Both the position numbers and the translations under genes were made by a program. The notes beneath the pieces were generated by a model. The model ran no database searches and was not told where the DNA came from. It worked only from the letters and a program-made list of their open reading frames with translations. Shown here in pieces: positions 33,211 through 46,290 of a stretch of DNA of 64,000 nucleotides (position 1 is the first letter of the stretch; the number at the start of each line of letters is the position of its first letter). Origin of the DNA: Lingula anatina (lineage: Eukaryota > Animalia > Brachiopoda); assembly GCA_051362555.1 (NCBI GenBank), contig CM120640.1:34863967-34927966 (forward strand). The letters are read 5' to 3'.

Positions 33211-36200
33211 CTTCGAATCTTCAATGCCCCAATGTTGTCTTCTCACTCAATCAAGAACAAATTCGTTTTATTTCCAACTTCCAAATGTTATAAACCTAGG
33301 CTGTGTTTTTCAGGTTATTTTCCCTTTGTTATGAAAATAAACTGTATTTTTACTGACATCAATATCACAGGTTTTATGAGTATCTTTGGTATATTTTATT
33401 TTATTAATTCCATTCCGTACGTCACCTCAGTGTTTGCCGTACAAATTACAAACACTGAGTAACTTGCATGCTACCATACCACAGGTATGTTCCTAATTCC
33501 ACAATGTGTTAGAAACTCCATAGGCTTTATTTATCCACAATCTGGGGGAAAATGTGCCCTCCTTCCCACCTTAGGGTGCTTTCCCAGAGATTTAGATTGA
33601 TCTAAAGATTAAGTTTTAGATCGACCTAACTCCCTGGGGGTTCACGCTAAATTGTAGTCAGCCGAGCAGGCACCATAGTTAATTACCCCCTTACAGCTTT
33701 AAGTAGGCGGGACAGACGCTTAAGCCGGCCAAGCTGACAGTAATCTAGTGAGACTCCCCACAGGGATAGATCGATCTAAAAATCTATGGAAATGGGGTGT
33801 TAAAGTATATCATTTGTAATTGATATCCTTTTGTATTGACTCATACACCAGTCTTATGGAGTTTCAGTCTTTTTATTCTAGCTTATGCATGTCATTTGTA
33901 AGTGAAATGATCTGACGAAGAGTTTCTAACACAGTGTTATGAGGCCTTACTTGCGTAGTATTTAAGGCTGAAAACTAAGGCAAATTCTGCATGTTTAGCC
34001 TTTTTTATTAGAAAAATGGTCATTGGTGATTTATAGTAATATTCAGTGACGTTTAGTTCAAATATAATTTTAGGAACCGGCCACCATCAAGTTCAGGCAG
34101 GCCGACCACTGCCTCCAGAGGTGGGCCAAAAATTGGAGCACCTGGTAAACTTTTCTTCTTATCAATTATTTTTATAAAATCATTAAAAAAATATATTGTT
34201 GTTTATTTTGTGGCATTGATACTTTTTATACTTATATACTATGTATATTTTTTACAAAAAAATCACAAGTAATTTATTTTACATGAAGTAGTCTATATTG
34301 AAAGGGCAAGGTATTACATTTTTTCACATTGAAGCAAAGGGTATTGCTTATTTTACAGCTCCTGTAGGTAGACCACCTGGAACAGCAACAAGGTTAACAA
34401 CTGGAATGGTAAGGGATATTTGTTCATGCAAAATACCAATACTTATTTCACCACTAATCATTTTCAATACATTTGGTGCATTCTTTCTATATGTAAAAAC
34501 AGTATGATTATAGAAACTATGTAGAATTTATATCATTTCAAGGAATTGCTTTGTTTTCTAGGTACCAGGCACTGGAAGACCAGGAACCAGGGGAGGAGTA
34601 CAAGGAGGGGGAGCAGGTAAAGGAATTAACTCTATTTTTTATTTATTTCAAATGAAGCAAATTTTTGTACAGGGCTTATAAATGTCTCAGGTACTAGTAC
34701 ATGACTAGAAGGTTTGTCAAAATTTATTTCGAGACATAATTAACTTGTAAAGAGAGAAACATTGAGCAGCATTAAGCCCTTTATTGCATAATCCATATGA
34801 TGTTATTATCTCCTCCATTCCAAGAAGTATTGGAGACTAATTTGGAGTAATTACATAAAGACATAATGACAAACACAATTAATATAAAGGTTGGTTCCTG
34901 TTTGACCAGTTATAGCTGCTTTTATTTTTGTGGTCAAACTCAAAGGAGCAGGCATTCATATCATATTTTTGTATATAATATTATCTTCTTTTACAGCATT
35001 AGCAGCCCCTATTAATGTTACTGACAGACCCATGACACAACAAGGTTTGGGAGGCATCAAAACTGGGGGAAGAGGTATGTTGTATAACAAATATATAAAC
35101 CTAAGTATCTGATTTTATATATTGTTATCCATACTACAAGTAATAAGTTCATTAAGAAACTTACTCAGGCATTCATTTCTTCTTTCTATCTTTTAGGCCC
35201 TCATCGCCAGGTACAAGACAGGTCATACTTTTTAGGACAACTAAGGTAAATGCTGTGTGCATTTTCAACTCAGACCATTAAGCATGCGTTTGTTTCATTG
35301 CCGTTATATACTATTTTTTTTTTAAAGTCAAGTGATGTCAAACACTTCCCTAGACCAATATTGTGTACTTAGTGGCATTGTTTTCACTTGAACTACTAAC
35401 AATTTTTTTTTTAATGTCATATTTATTCATAGGAGATGTTAATATTTTAAAAGCTGTCTTTTTGATATAAAACAAAATTGCCTTCAAGAACTTAATAGAT
35501 ACAGTTGAATGAATCTAATGTGTAATTTCAGGACCAAGCACAATGAACTGAACCAGGAGTGCAACAAATTAAGAAAAGACATTGAACAAGCCAATGAAGA
35601 ACAGTCAAGTTTTTTGACCTATGAGAAGAGGTAAGCTTCCAAAATATATTTATTTTTTATTTATTTATTTTTTATTTTTTGCATTGTTGAACAATGCCAC
35701 ATACTTACAGTGAAGTTTCAATGGGCATGCTTATGTTTAGCATTTTAAAGTGTATTTCATATTGTTGGATATAACATCTAGCATGATTGTATATCTTGCT
35801 TTCAGAGCAGAGCAGTTGGCTGGAGACTTGGGTAAACTACAGGGAGAGCTGGGAGATTACAATACAGTAAGCATATTTGCATGTATGATGAGATTCTTTA
35901 TGAAATAAATCTAGTAGTTCTAAAACTTAAAAAAAAATTTTCTTGCATGTACTTTTAATTTGTACAAACAACAATTTGTCTTAATATAAACAATTGCAAT
36001 TTTTTAATGTTCTTATAAAAAACTCTTACAGTTAGTGGATAAACTGAATACAGATGAAGATATTGGAGACATACAGAGGGATTATGAAGAGGTAAGCAGT
36101 GACTGCTAAATTGGTGTCACTATCTAATTATATATCTTATCTTATATACCTAGTATAATTAATACATGTAGTTTTCATATCTCTTTTTTCAATCACTGTA

Positions 36201-39200
36201 TTTACTATATAAAGCATATTGCAGTAAGAGTTGTTAAATAAAATATTATTTGTATTAAGGTGTTATTTTGATTGTTTGTACTTTATTTTCAGTTGCAAGC
36301 CCAGAATGAAAGAGAAGCAAAGAACATTGATGCGATTTTCACACAAAAACAAGAGTGAGTCATGGTTTAAAAAGGGATATTTTGTAACCTTAATTTAAGC
36401 ACATTTCATTCAAAACAAGACAGAATGGATATAATATTGAGCTTCAGAGACTTTTAGATATACTATTTGTCAATGAATATCATTAGCATCTTTTTGCAAT
36501 CTGTGATAATGCTTTTTGATGGCATTGTGTTAGATTATTGTCGGGCAAATGTGTAATTTCATCTTGTGTTTTCAGACAAGAAAATCACATCAGACAACTT
36601 GAGCAGGAGCTGGATCAGGAAAAGAGGATGGCAGATAACTTAGTGGCTGATATGGTTAATATTTGAAATACTTGAATTTTTTTCTTTTACAAAAGATATC
36701 AAATCATAAGCAACATTAGCTAAACTCTAAGGACATAATTATTTAACTTGCATAAAAATGGTATAGTTAATGATAAAACAACAGTCAGTTTTATAAGCAA
36801 CTGCAACCTTTTATATGTTCTTTAATTTATATATACTTTCATTGTTTAGAACCCTGAAATGCGCCAGAGATATATGCAGCTGAAGCAGGAAAATGACCAG
36901 TTACTGATGGACCTAGAGAAAGGACAACAAGAACTGGATGCTCTTAACACAAAGAAGACCAATTTAGAGGAGGTAAAAAAAGGGATAAACTCTCATTGTT
37001 GGATTAGATAGCAAAGCACTTTTTGAATCAAATTTGGTTTTACCTATGGGTCAGCCAAGCAGGTCTAGAGATAATAGGTTAAATTTTGGAACATTTTGAA
37101 AACAATCTTGTCACAAGCCTAATAATGTTGAATATTCGATTAAAACGTCTTATTTGTTTTACAGGAGCTGTCATTATCTCAAGTGAAACAAGAAGCAGGT
37201 GATTATTACAAAATACTTGAATTAAATTAATTAAGAAATGACTTTAACATTTGCTAATGGCAGGGCATCTTTTCATATTTTATCATTGGGTGAGTTTGCT
37301 CCACTGGTGTAACGATCTTGTTTGTTGTTTTAGTTCAATTATATGAGAAGTTATTTGAGTTGGAACAGAAACGCGATCAGCTAATGGAGGAAGCACAAGC
37401 TAAGGGTTCCCCAGCAGAAGAAAGGGAAAAGTTACTGAATCAAGTCAAACAAGATAACCAAGAGATATCTAGCATGGAGAGGCAGTAAGTGCATTACAAC
37501 TTTAATTTCTTGTGAATTTTTTATATGTAAAATTTTGATTTGATTTCATTTAATTATTTCCTTTTAGCACATGAAAAGAGAACTAGTTAATTGGTAATTA
37601 CAGTTTTCATTGTGAAGATTGAATATTTGTTTTCTCTAGTTATATTTTAACTACTTTTAATTACATTTTATACCTTTCAGTTGCAATGAAATCCATGAAA
37701 AGGTTAATCAGTTGCAAGAGGAGTTGAGACAGCTAGACATGGACCTAGAGGAAAATATGGGTAAGGTCCATCTTTAAGTATTGCCAAACTGGTGCAAGCC
37801 ACTTATGATAAAAGTATTATTTGTTCTGAGAATGGAATAAAGTGGAAGAATAATTGTTAAAAATACCACATATTTATGAAAATTATTTACATTTGTGGTG
37901 AAATTTGAATTTTAGGTGAGAGAAACCAAAAGTACAGGGAGTTGAAAAAGAGGGAAGAAACAATGAATGGTAATTATCTAACTTTCAATATTTTAAGAGC
38001 AATGTCTGTGTTTGATCATTAATGTTCATTTCATTTATTTATAACTACAGAATTAAATATTGTAATTATCTACAATTCAGTTTAAATCCTCACGTTGAGA
38101 TAAAGGAAATGCATTTTAAAACAGTGCAGTTTTTATGCATTGTACTGAACATAATGAGACATACATGATTCACTTAATATATATATATAATATTGGTAAA
38201 TTTTCCAGAATTTTTGGATACTTTTGATGAATCCAAAACACAGGAAATAGTAAGTATGATTTCTACAGTTTTGTTAAGCTCATTTTCGAATTGCTGAATT
38301 GCAATTTTGTTTGAAATAAGTCATTTTGTAGGAGATAAATTTTAACTGTCTCATTTCATCAAGTATGGAAAATAATACTTGTTATTAGTACCACCAGCGT
38401 ATACGCTGGCGGTACTCATGGTTTTAGTCCCGGCCCGTCTCGTACAGCTCCGCCGGCTCCGCCGGCTCCTGCGGCTCCGCAGTCGGGCGCCGGAAACAAG
38501 TCACCGTTACCGCTTCTCCTCCTAGACCGCAGGGACCTGTGTCCCCATCTCTTGGATTTAGGTCACATATAATCTCAACTTGAACCCCCTGGTATTTTTG
38601 TCTCAGTTAGTGCATTGGTCTGGGTGTGACGCTCACTGAAATGCACCCTTGTCAAAATTTTTGAAAATTTGATGCTAAATATCTCCCAAACTGAAGGAAT
38701 TATGGAAAAAGTTACTATAGAGGTCTGACCAAAAGTCATATATGGAGTTTCCAAATATGCCCTTGGATTTGACATTTGACCTTTATTTCAAGGTCAAACA
38801 GGCCAAAATTTTCTAAAAATGGGAATTTTCTGCAAAAAAAGAATTGTTTGTGCCAATTTTCAGAAACTACACAGACCTAAGCTTTCATATTACAGTGGGG
38901 ACTACTATTTAGGGACTCCCTTCATCTTCATGGGTTTGGGGTCAATCGGTGCATTTTCACCGGAGAAGCAGTCATTTGATGCCAAAACTAAAAACTCTGT
39001 AATTGTGGAACTGTTTACACTAGAGACGTCTTGTTTTTTGCATTTAGTACAGCTTGTCAAGCACAATACTGGAGGTGGTGTCCATTTTCTTATTTTCCAT
39101 ACGGTTTAGGAGTTGCACTTTATTAAATAGTACAACAATGCAATATTCAGTAGTTAACATAAAATGAAAAAACACTCCCAAAATTAGCAGAGATACGCCC

Positions 39201-39885
39201 ATAGAATTTGAATAGAAAGTCATTAACTAGCAATCTAACTGTGACCTTGATATTGACCTTTGACCTACTTTTCATGATGAACTTCACTTTGCAAGTTTTC
39301 TGGTCCTTAATTATATCATCAAAACTAGCAGAGATACACCCATAGTTACCATTGAACTTGAATAGGAAGTGATATACTGACAATCTTAGAGCGCATTCCC
39401 AGAGATTAAGATCGATCTTACTTGATCGACCTAACTCCCTGCAGTTAGCCGACCGCACACGGAATTTAATTATTCCCTTACAGCTTTTAGTAGGCAGGAC
39501 AGGCATTTAAGCTAGCTATGCTGACAGTAATCTAGTGAGACTCCCCATGGGGATAGATCGATCTATAATCTGTGGAAATGGGGTCTTACTGTAACTTGGA
39601 AATTAGCCTTTGACCTTCTTTTCACTGGCAGTCTAACTCTGACCTTCAAATTGATCTGTGACCTACTTTTCATAATGAACTGCACTAAAAAAAAATCCCT
39701 CCCTTATATCTCCAAAACTGGCAATAGTTGCTATTGATCTTGAATAGGAAGTTATATACTGGGAAACTTTTACTTTGAAATTGACCTTTGACCCATTTTT
39801 CACCATGAACTATAGTTTGCAAATTTTCCCACCCTACAGATGCATGAATAGGCAGTTTTTTTTCCACAAAAGCCAACTGATTGCC

Positions 39886-39965
<80 letters not shown>

Positions 39966-42900
39966 GCAGTTATATATATATATATGCAGCAGTTATATAT
40001 AGATATACTTGCTTTAATGCATGATTAGTTTGACATTAGTACCCATTTGGTCAGCTGTACATGTGTACATTTAAAGCAATAATAACTCTTCCTTTGAGAT
40101 TCAAAATTCCGCAAGAAATACATTCTAAACAACACACGGAAATATATTATACTGCATTTCACCACTAAAACAGCTGTTATTGTAGTAAAACTAAAAACTG
40201 TGCTTGTCAATAGGGCTTTCGATGCCTTTCTTCCTGGTCGTCAAGGCATTCGTTGCCAAGGATTTTGGCGCATCACGCAGATTCAACTATATTTTGTTGT
40301 TTATCTTTTTTTTTCAGCACTACCCAAACAAGCTTTTCACTTTTTGGGTGGATTCAATTTCCTAAATTATAATTTCTCTCCCAGTTTTGATATTCTAATT
40401 ATTTTAAATGTCAAAACAGCTGCATCAACCCATTTTTAAATTTTCATTAATATATATGATACAAACAAGCACAAAAATAAAGAATATACGATGTTGCCCA
40501 TGTAGGCCAATATCAACTACAGAATAAAAGGCAGCACGGTTTAACCCAAATATAAACAAAATTTCAAATATTGTTTCCATCACAGTTAGTGAGGAAATCC
40601 TACATTCACAATGATACTACATCCTTGTATTTGACCTTTTACTTTTGCCCACCTGATTTAAAAAAAAAATTATCTATGTAAAATGATAACCCTTGTTTAC
40701 TGCATTTTATACAGCTTGTCAACCCCTCCCCCTTCTTTTTCCTTCCCATACGAATGCGCTTACTCCAGCTGGTGGTACAATACCAGGAGGCGGTATCGCC
40801 TCTCTGATCCTCTAGTTTGCTTTGATTGTAACTAATATTTTGTTATAATTTTGTATAGAAATAATATCAAAGAAAACTCTTTGGACTGATTAACCTTAAA
40901 AGACTATTATTTACTTTTTAGGAGAGAATAAGCCAACTTGAGGCAAATGTGGTTGCTATTCTGGAGCATATGAGTAGGGTATGTGTATTTCTTTCATTTA
41001 AACAAATCTTTAAGAAATGAAATTAAATTTTTTTAGTTAGATGGAAAATGACATAATTATTGTTAAAAGAAAACTTGCATTTTGGATATGATAAAATGGT
41101 GATATATATATGCATCTCATTATTCAACATTTTTTTTATTCAGAATCTCTCCAGATTCTCCCATCTGCCCACTCCTAAGGAGCTAGCCAACATGAAAGAT
41201 GATCTGGCTTTCAAGGAGACAGAAATGAAGAAATCTGAGGCAACAGCTACTACTTTGGCACAAGGTAAATAAAATTAAAAAATTTAAAATACTGTGGTTT
41301 CTTAATTAATGCAATGTTTGTAGGGAACTTTATCTTGCATTTTGGCAAAACATTTTGAATCCATTGAGTTAACTGCACTTCATAATGTTAAATGGAACCA
41401 AGTGCTTTGTAATGTGAACATGTTTTACTTGTTTCTCTAAGAAGATTGAGGTCTTACCACAGAAGATTTTTATAATTCCATGTTTTTTTTGTTTTTTTTT
41501 GCCTGCTCATTATGAGAGGAAAAAAGGCAAACAGATAATCTGAGAATAGTATTAAAGTAATTCATTTCTGTAAATTTTTAATCCAGAGAGGGAGAAGTAT
41601 CAGGTAGATTTACAGAAGGTAGAGCAGCTGGAGACAAAGATCAACTCTGAGTTGGAAATGCTGAAAAACAAGATAGAAACCATGAATTCAGAGCTGGAAA
41701 TCTATGGAGATATTCCAAAGCTGAAAGCACAGGCAGAAGAGAAAAAGAAGGTGAGATATAGTTAGTAAAAGGATTTTGAAAAACTTTCGATCGACATCAA
41801 AATTAAGAATGTTTCTATGGTCTCAGAACAAATAACAGCATAAGATATTCAAAACTATTTGTTTGGGTTATATTGGAATAATGAGTCTGTTCTGGGCAGC
41901 AAACAATTACTTAAAATATTGTTTATGAGTCTCAATGATCTTTGATGTTATGACAGTAAAATGATGTATTTTGTCAACTTGTGAATCACCAGTTAATATT
42001 TTCTGTTTCAAAAAAGCAAGTTGAAAGTTGGCTCAAGAATTCAAAAAATTGATATTCTTATATTTCAGAAACTGGCTGAGGACAAAATCACATTGCAGAA
42101 GAGAAGAGACACAATAAAACAACTTGTCCAAGATTTGTCAGCTGATTATGAGTCCCTGAAAGTACAGCTTGGAGACAATGAAACTTTTGCACAGGTTTGT
42201 AAATCCATGGGATATGTCTATTTTAAAGTATTAAAATTTGTGAAAACTTGATTGAGCCATCTAAATTTTTTTTGAGAATTTGACTTAAGAGATTTGTTCT
42301 TAAGCTTTTTTTTTACTCTTTATATCCATGAAGATGTGTATTTTAATATAGATGTAAGTTCACCTAATAGGATCCTGGTACATAACAAGGTTAAAATGAA
42401 TAAACTTTTACAATATCCAGAGTTATTTAAGGTGTATTATAAAAAGATTTAAAGTTTTAAAACTCACTATTAATATGCAACACAGGCATATATTAAAAAT
42501 ATAACTTGTGAAATATTTTTCAAGATGAATATCATTGGTTTCAGCTGGGCAACCTTGAGCGTAAATGGCAGCATCATGAGCAGAACAACTTTGTCATGAA
42601 AGAATGTATCCTTTTTATTTGCATTTACTCACATACTGAATTCTTAACCTTACATGTTGCAAATAGTGTTGCAAATAATACTTTTTTTGTTCATTTATTT
42701 GGAGCATATTGTATTTATTGTAGCTAAGTTTTATTCATTTATTGCTACTAAATATTCTCATTATTTATGGTGAAACAACTATTAAACATTTGCCAAAAGT
42801 ATAATAGTAATTAGAATTATAATTGTCTGCTTTGGAAATGATTGGGTTTGTGCACTAATATTAAATATGAATTAGAATATCTAAAAACTACCAAAACTGT

Positions 42901-43046
42901 TTTATGTCCTTAACTCTGGTAAAGTCATTGCAGCCAAGACCATGGAATGTGACTACCGCCCCATAATGAAGACTGTCAGCACACTTGTTGCTGATTACAA
43001 CCAGCTCCTGATGGACCATCTCTCTGGCAAAAGCTCTGTGGGATAG
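33132..43046 (+). CDS. IFT74: Intraflagellar transport protein 74 (IFT-B core), ~599 aa, 23 coding exons
   Basis: Exons 33132-33133 (AT; tentative), 34074-34144, 34359-34408, 34562-34616, 34997-35074, 35197-35245, 35532-35630, 35806-35866, 36032-36091, 36293-36354, 36576-36654, 36850-36972, 37165-37198, 37334-37484, 37681-37760, 37916-37969, 38209-38249, 40922-40978, 41144-41264, 41587-41750, 42069-42194, 42545-42605, 42925-43046 total 1800 nt, all GT-AG and phase-consistent. Peptides [61 protein letters not shown] and [20 protein letters not shown] match IFT74 as recalled. Confidence 0.95.
33574..33799. mobile_element. PIF/Harbinger-type (Tourist-like) MITE, copy A, in IFT74 intron 1
   Basis: TTA on both sides (33571-73, 33800-02), imperfect TIR ..TTTCCCAGAGATTT / AATCTATGGAAATGGGG; homologous to 39389-39585. 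Confidence 0.75.
39389..39585. mobile_element. PIF/Harbinger-type MITE, copy B, nested in the HINE
   Basis: TTA TSD (39386-88, 39586-88); TIR GAGCGCATTCCCAGAGATTA versus the reverse-complemented right end GACCCCATTTCCACAGATTA. Confidence 0.8.
39889..39962. repeat. (AT)n microsatellite
   Basis: Direct reading. Confidence 0.95.
42606..42924 (+). other. U12-type (minor spliceosome) GT-AG intron, last intron of IFT74
   Basis: Donor GTATCCTTT; branch site TCCTTAAC at 42907-42914, 10 nt before the AG; no polypyrimidine tract; splicing restores MKEF|IAAK. Confidence 0.92.
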
Positions 43047-43374
43047 TGCAAAAAGAATATCAAAATTTAATATGAAAGCAATTATGGAATAGACTATAAT
43101 GATTTTAAACTACTCACATTCCCTGGATCTGTATAATAAGGTTATCCGTCCCTATAGTCTAATTTTTATGTTACAAAATGATATATGATTATTATTTTGT
43201 GTTATTGAATTGATAAGTGCTGGAATTACTGAAAACTATTTTATGTAGATGCAGATTTGTTTTGCTTATCAAAGTGAGTATTTTATATATGCGGGGTATT
43301 TCACAAAATGTTGTTAATTTTGTAAAGGAATTTGTTGTATGCTTTACTTGTTTTGATACATAAAATGTCCTGTC

Positions 43375-43380
43375 AATAAA
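43375..43380 (+). terminator. Candidate IFT74 polyadenylation signal
   Basis: First AATAAA, about 330 nt after the stop codon, followed by T/GT-rich sequence. Confidence 0.5.
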
Positions 43381-43699
43381 TTATTTAGTAAAAAAAATAC
43401 CACTTTCTTTTGTTATAATCTGTTGGCATTTAGTGTTTCACATTTTATTATCACCAGATTTAGATTTACTGCAGATAATTGCACTTTTCATTTATTTGAT
43501 TTTGATGTTGCACTGACACATAATAAATTCAAAGATATAGTCTAGACTATTGCATTTTAAATGAGTCTAGGATTAAATGCAAAATTGATATTTTACCTAT
43601 ACTTATTTACCTTTACTTATTTAAATGTGCACTTTTGTATTTTTACCCTAATTTTATTAATTACAAAAAGTGATAAACATTGAAGGACTTTTCAACAAA

Positions 43700-44070
43700 A
43701 TCGCCGAATGTTGCACTCTAAGGTATTTCAAAAGCTAATGACGTGCAACAACAGACTATCGTGTCAGCTTAGATTTCGATCTAGCAGTAGTAGAAAATAG
43801 TGTGACAGGTGTGATTGGAAAATGTGAGATTGCGTTTCGGCGTCACGTCAATATTCTTGCGCTCTAGCAGAAGACAATCAGCAAAACCTTTATTTACCAA
43901 AGCTTTGCTAAAACAACTGCAATTATTAGAGCATCTGTTTACTTTCATATTGTTTATTTACATTGCATTTGCGTATCATGCATACAAAGAGTTCAACAAA
44001 TGACACGCATTTGGTACTATTTTGATACGCGGTTTGTCAATTAATAAGTGGATCGGCACTTAGAGGTAAG
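43700..44070 (+). promoter_or_regulatory. CpG-containing promoter region of the downstream gene with CRE-like and CCAAT elements
   Basis: TGACGT 43739-44, ATTGG 43814-18, CGTCACGTCA 43841-50; CpG density is higher than in the flanking introns; donor GAG|GTAAGT at 44065/66. Confidence 0.45.
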
Positions 44071-44125
44071 TGGGAAGTTTGATCTTCTAATGATTGATTG
44101 AAGTGAACTAGTACCTCGTTTGACT

Positions 44126-45467
44126 ATGCATGATGATAGTTGGTGGCAGAGATTTGGCCAGTTCCGGTGCCGGATTCGTGAATCAGAACCTCGCCGTGGA
44201 TCGGACGACGATAAAAGCAATTCCGTGAATTGGAAGATGGAGTCACCCAAGCAAGGGCCAAGTTTGATTAACTTGCGATACAAAACACCGGTAGAAGATG
44301 TGCCGCCTCCGTATATAGATGACTACGTGTTACCAAGAAGGTCCAGTGCTAGATCATACCACGGCAACTTTCCTTTAAGTAAGTATTCATGTTAAAAATG
44401 TATCGTTATCTTTTAGAACACTCAAATGTTCTCTTTCGCGTACATGTACAAAGCATCTACTGTTACGTAGTAAATCGTGCTAATGCTAATGGTTATTTTG
44501 TGTCTGTGCAACTTGTGCTTATAGTTTGAACGTTTACCAGTTAGTATCAGTTATATAAGTTCTGCTAGATGCTACCAATTATTCTTACTTCATTTTGTGA
44601 AAATAGGTCAAAGTGATCATATTTTGATTTTAATGAAGAGAAAATAATGCATACCCTGGTAAAGCCTACACAGCCCGTCGACTGTCGCTACAATAAAACT
44701 GACTTGATTTCATTCATTGGATAAGAAAAGAAATGCAACAAGGACATAGTGCTTTGTGTGTGTGTTTATCTGTGGAAGATTCACGTTTCTAATGTACACA
44801 CACTTAAAAAAATACTGCATGGGGAAAAGAAAAGTTAAAAAGTATTACAGACAGTCTTCATACGTTGTACAATACACTGACCTGCATCTAAACTGGTCAT
44901 TTACTACAGTGTAGATTATGCTATTTATGTGTATGTTTAATTCAGATTAATATACTTATCTAAATATTTTTCTCTTCATTGAAGAAGCAAGGGTCATATT
45001 GTTAATATATACATACATATTAAAGCAGACAAAAATTGCTTAATCATCTGTGAACTTTGTTTGTTGAAATATTTGTCTGTGGCGGGTCAAGAATTATTTC
45101 TTGAATCGGTCACTTTTGTTGACAGACTGTATTATACATACTGGTAGGCTTGGCCAAATTCTTTAGTAATTTTAATAGGAACCCTTGTCAGAAGTCTCTT
45201 TCACTGTACTTTTTTTCCTCTTCTTTCAGTTGTATTGGCCCACATGTAAAATAAGATGTTTGTCATCATGAAGTCCATTATGATATTCACATAATTGTCA
45301 GTGAATATCAGTTCTGATTTACATATGGACAGTGCACTTATATTCAGTTAAATCAAAATTCATAGCATTTTTCTCTTGTTTCTTTTGCTTTTTTAAGAGC
45401 CACTTTTAGATACTATGAAGCGAACAGGAATTGGATTTTCCAAACTTCTGGAAAAGCACAGAATGGA
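44126..45467 (+). CDS. Unidentified gene, 5'-most N-terminal variant (exons 44126-44378 and 45398-45467); partial
   Basis: MHDDSWWQRFGQFRCRIRESEPRRGSD..HGNFPL-K-PLLDTMKRTGIGFSKLLEKHRM; both donors are GTAAGT, the acceptor has a good pyrimidine tract, the frame is open across the splice, and the unit ends in phase 2. Confidence 0.7.
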
Positions 45468-46234
45468 GTAAGTAAACTGTTTTGTTTTTATTGGCTGATA
45501 AATTTTAGCATGTATATGACTTCAAAGTATTGAAAAGAAGTCCATTTATGCATCTATGTTGTACATCCTTATTTGTGTTTCTCTGCAGTGATGTTGTAAC
45601 CGATTGAGTAACATACCTTGTTTAAACTTGCTGTGTAGTGTATTTTGAATAGCAATATTTCAAGGTGCACTTTGGCTAAAATTGTTTGATCAAGGAGCAC
45701 CATGGCTTCAAGCTGTGAAATATTGTGTTAACCTGTCACATTATGTTAGGTAAATTTACACCAACTTCTTTTAAGTTAAACCCCTCCTTTAATCATGTGC
45801 CTAAAATGCTGTTAAATTTGTTTGGGAGCAAACAGCAAGTGCAAATACCAAAAACAAATATTGAGATAGTCTTGAATTTTTAGAAAGGATTCTTTGTCAC
45901 CTTTAACGGCATGATAACCCCACGTGGAATTTTTTGACCTCTGTGTTTTTTCCTGATTTTCTATAATTCAGACATAAACAAGGATTGCATAAAAAGGTGG
46001 TTATTTTTTTCAAGTAACCTTATATATCATAATTTGAATTGCTTAGCAGTTATAATTGACATTTCCCACAAAATGCAAAATCAAGATTTTGCACTGAATT
46101 TATTCATACATACCAAGTAGATTATTAGCCTTTTAATGCTTTTGAGTGGAATATAAAAGTCAGGAGATTTGTCGTAAAGGAGGTTGGAGAGGGTACATTG
46201 AACAATTACTGATTCGACAAATTACTTTAAGTTG

Positions 46235-46290
46235 GAACAACAACACACACACACAACAACACACAAACACACACACACACACACACACAC
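46235..46290. repeat. (CAA)n/(CA)n microsatellite
   Basis: Direct reading. Confidence 0.9.

Larger units (their letters stand above)
38385..40815 (+). mobile_element. HINE/DINE-1-like non-autonomous Helentron in IFT74 intron 17
   Basis: 5' hairpin AGTACCACCAGCGTA-TACGCTGGCGGTACT, short GC-rich microrepeats, central TGACCTT-rich repeats, 3' subterminal inverted repeat GCTGGTGGTAC (40768-78), 3' stem-loop GAGGCG-GTAT-CGCCTC, and a CTAG end in a T-rich site. Confidence 0.75.
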
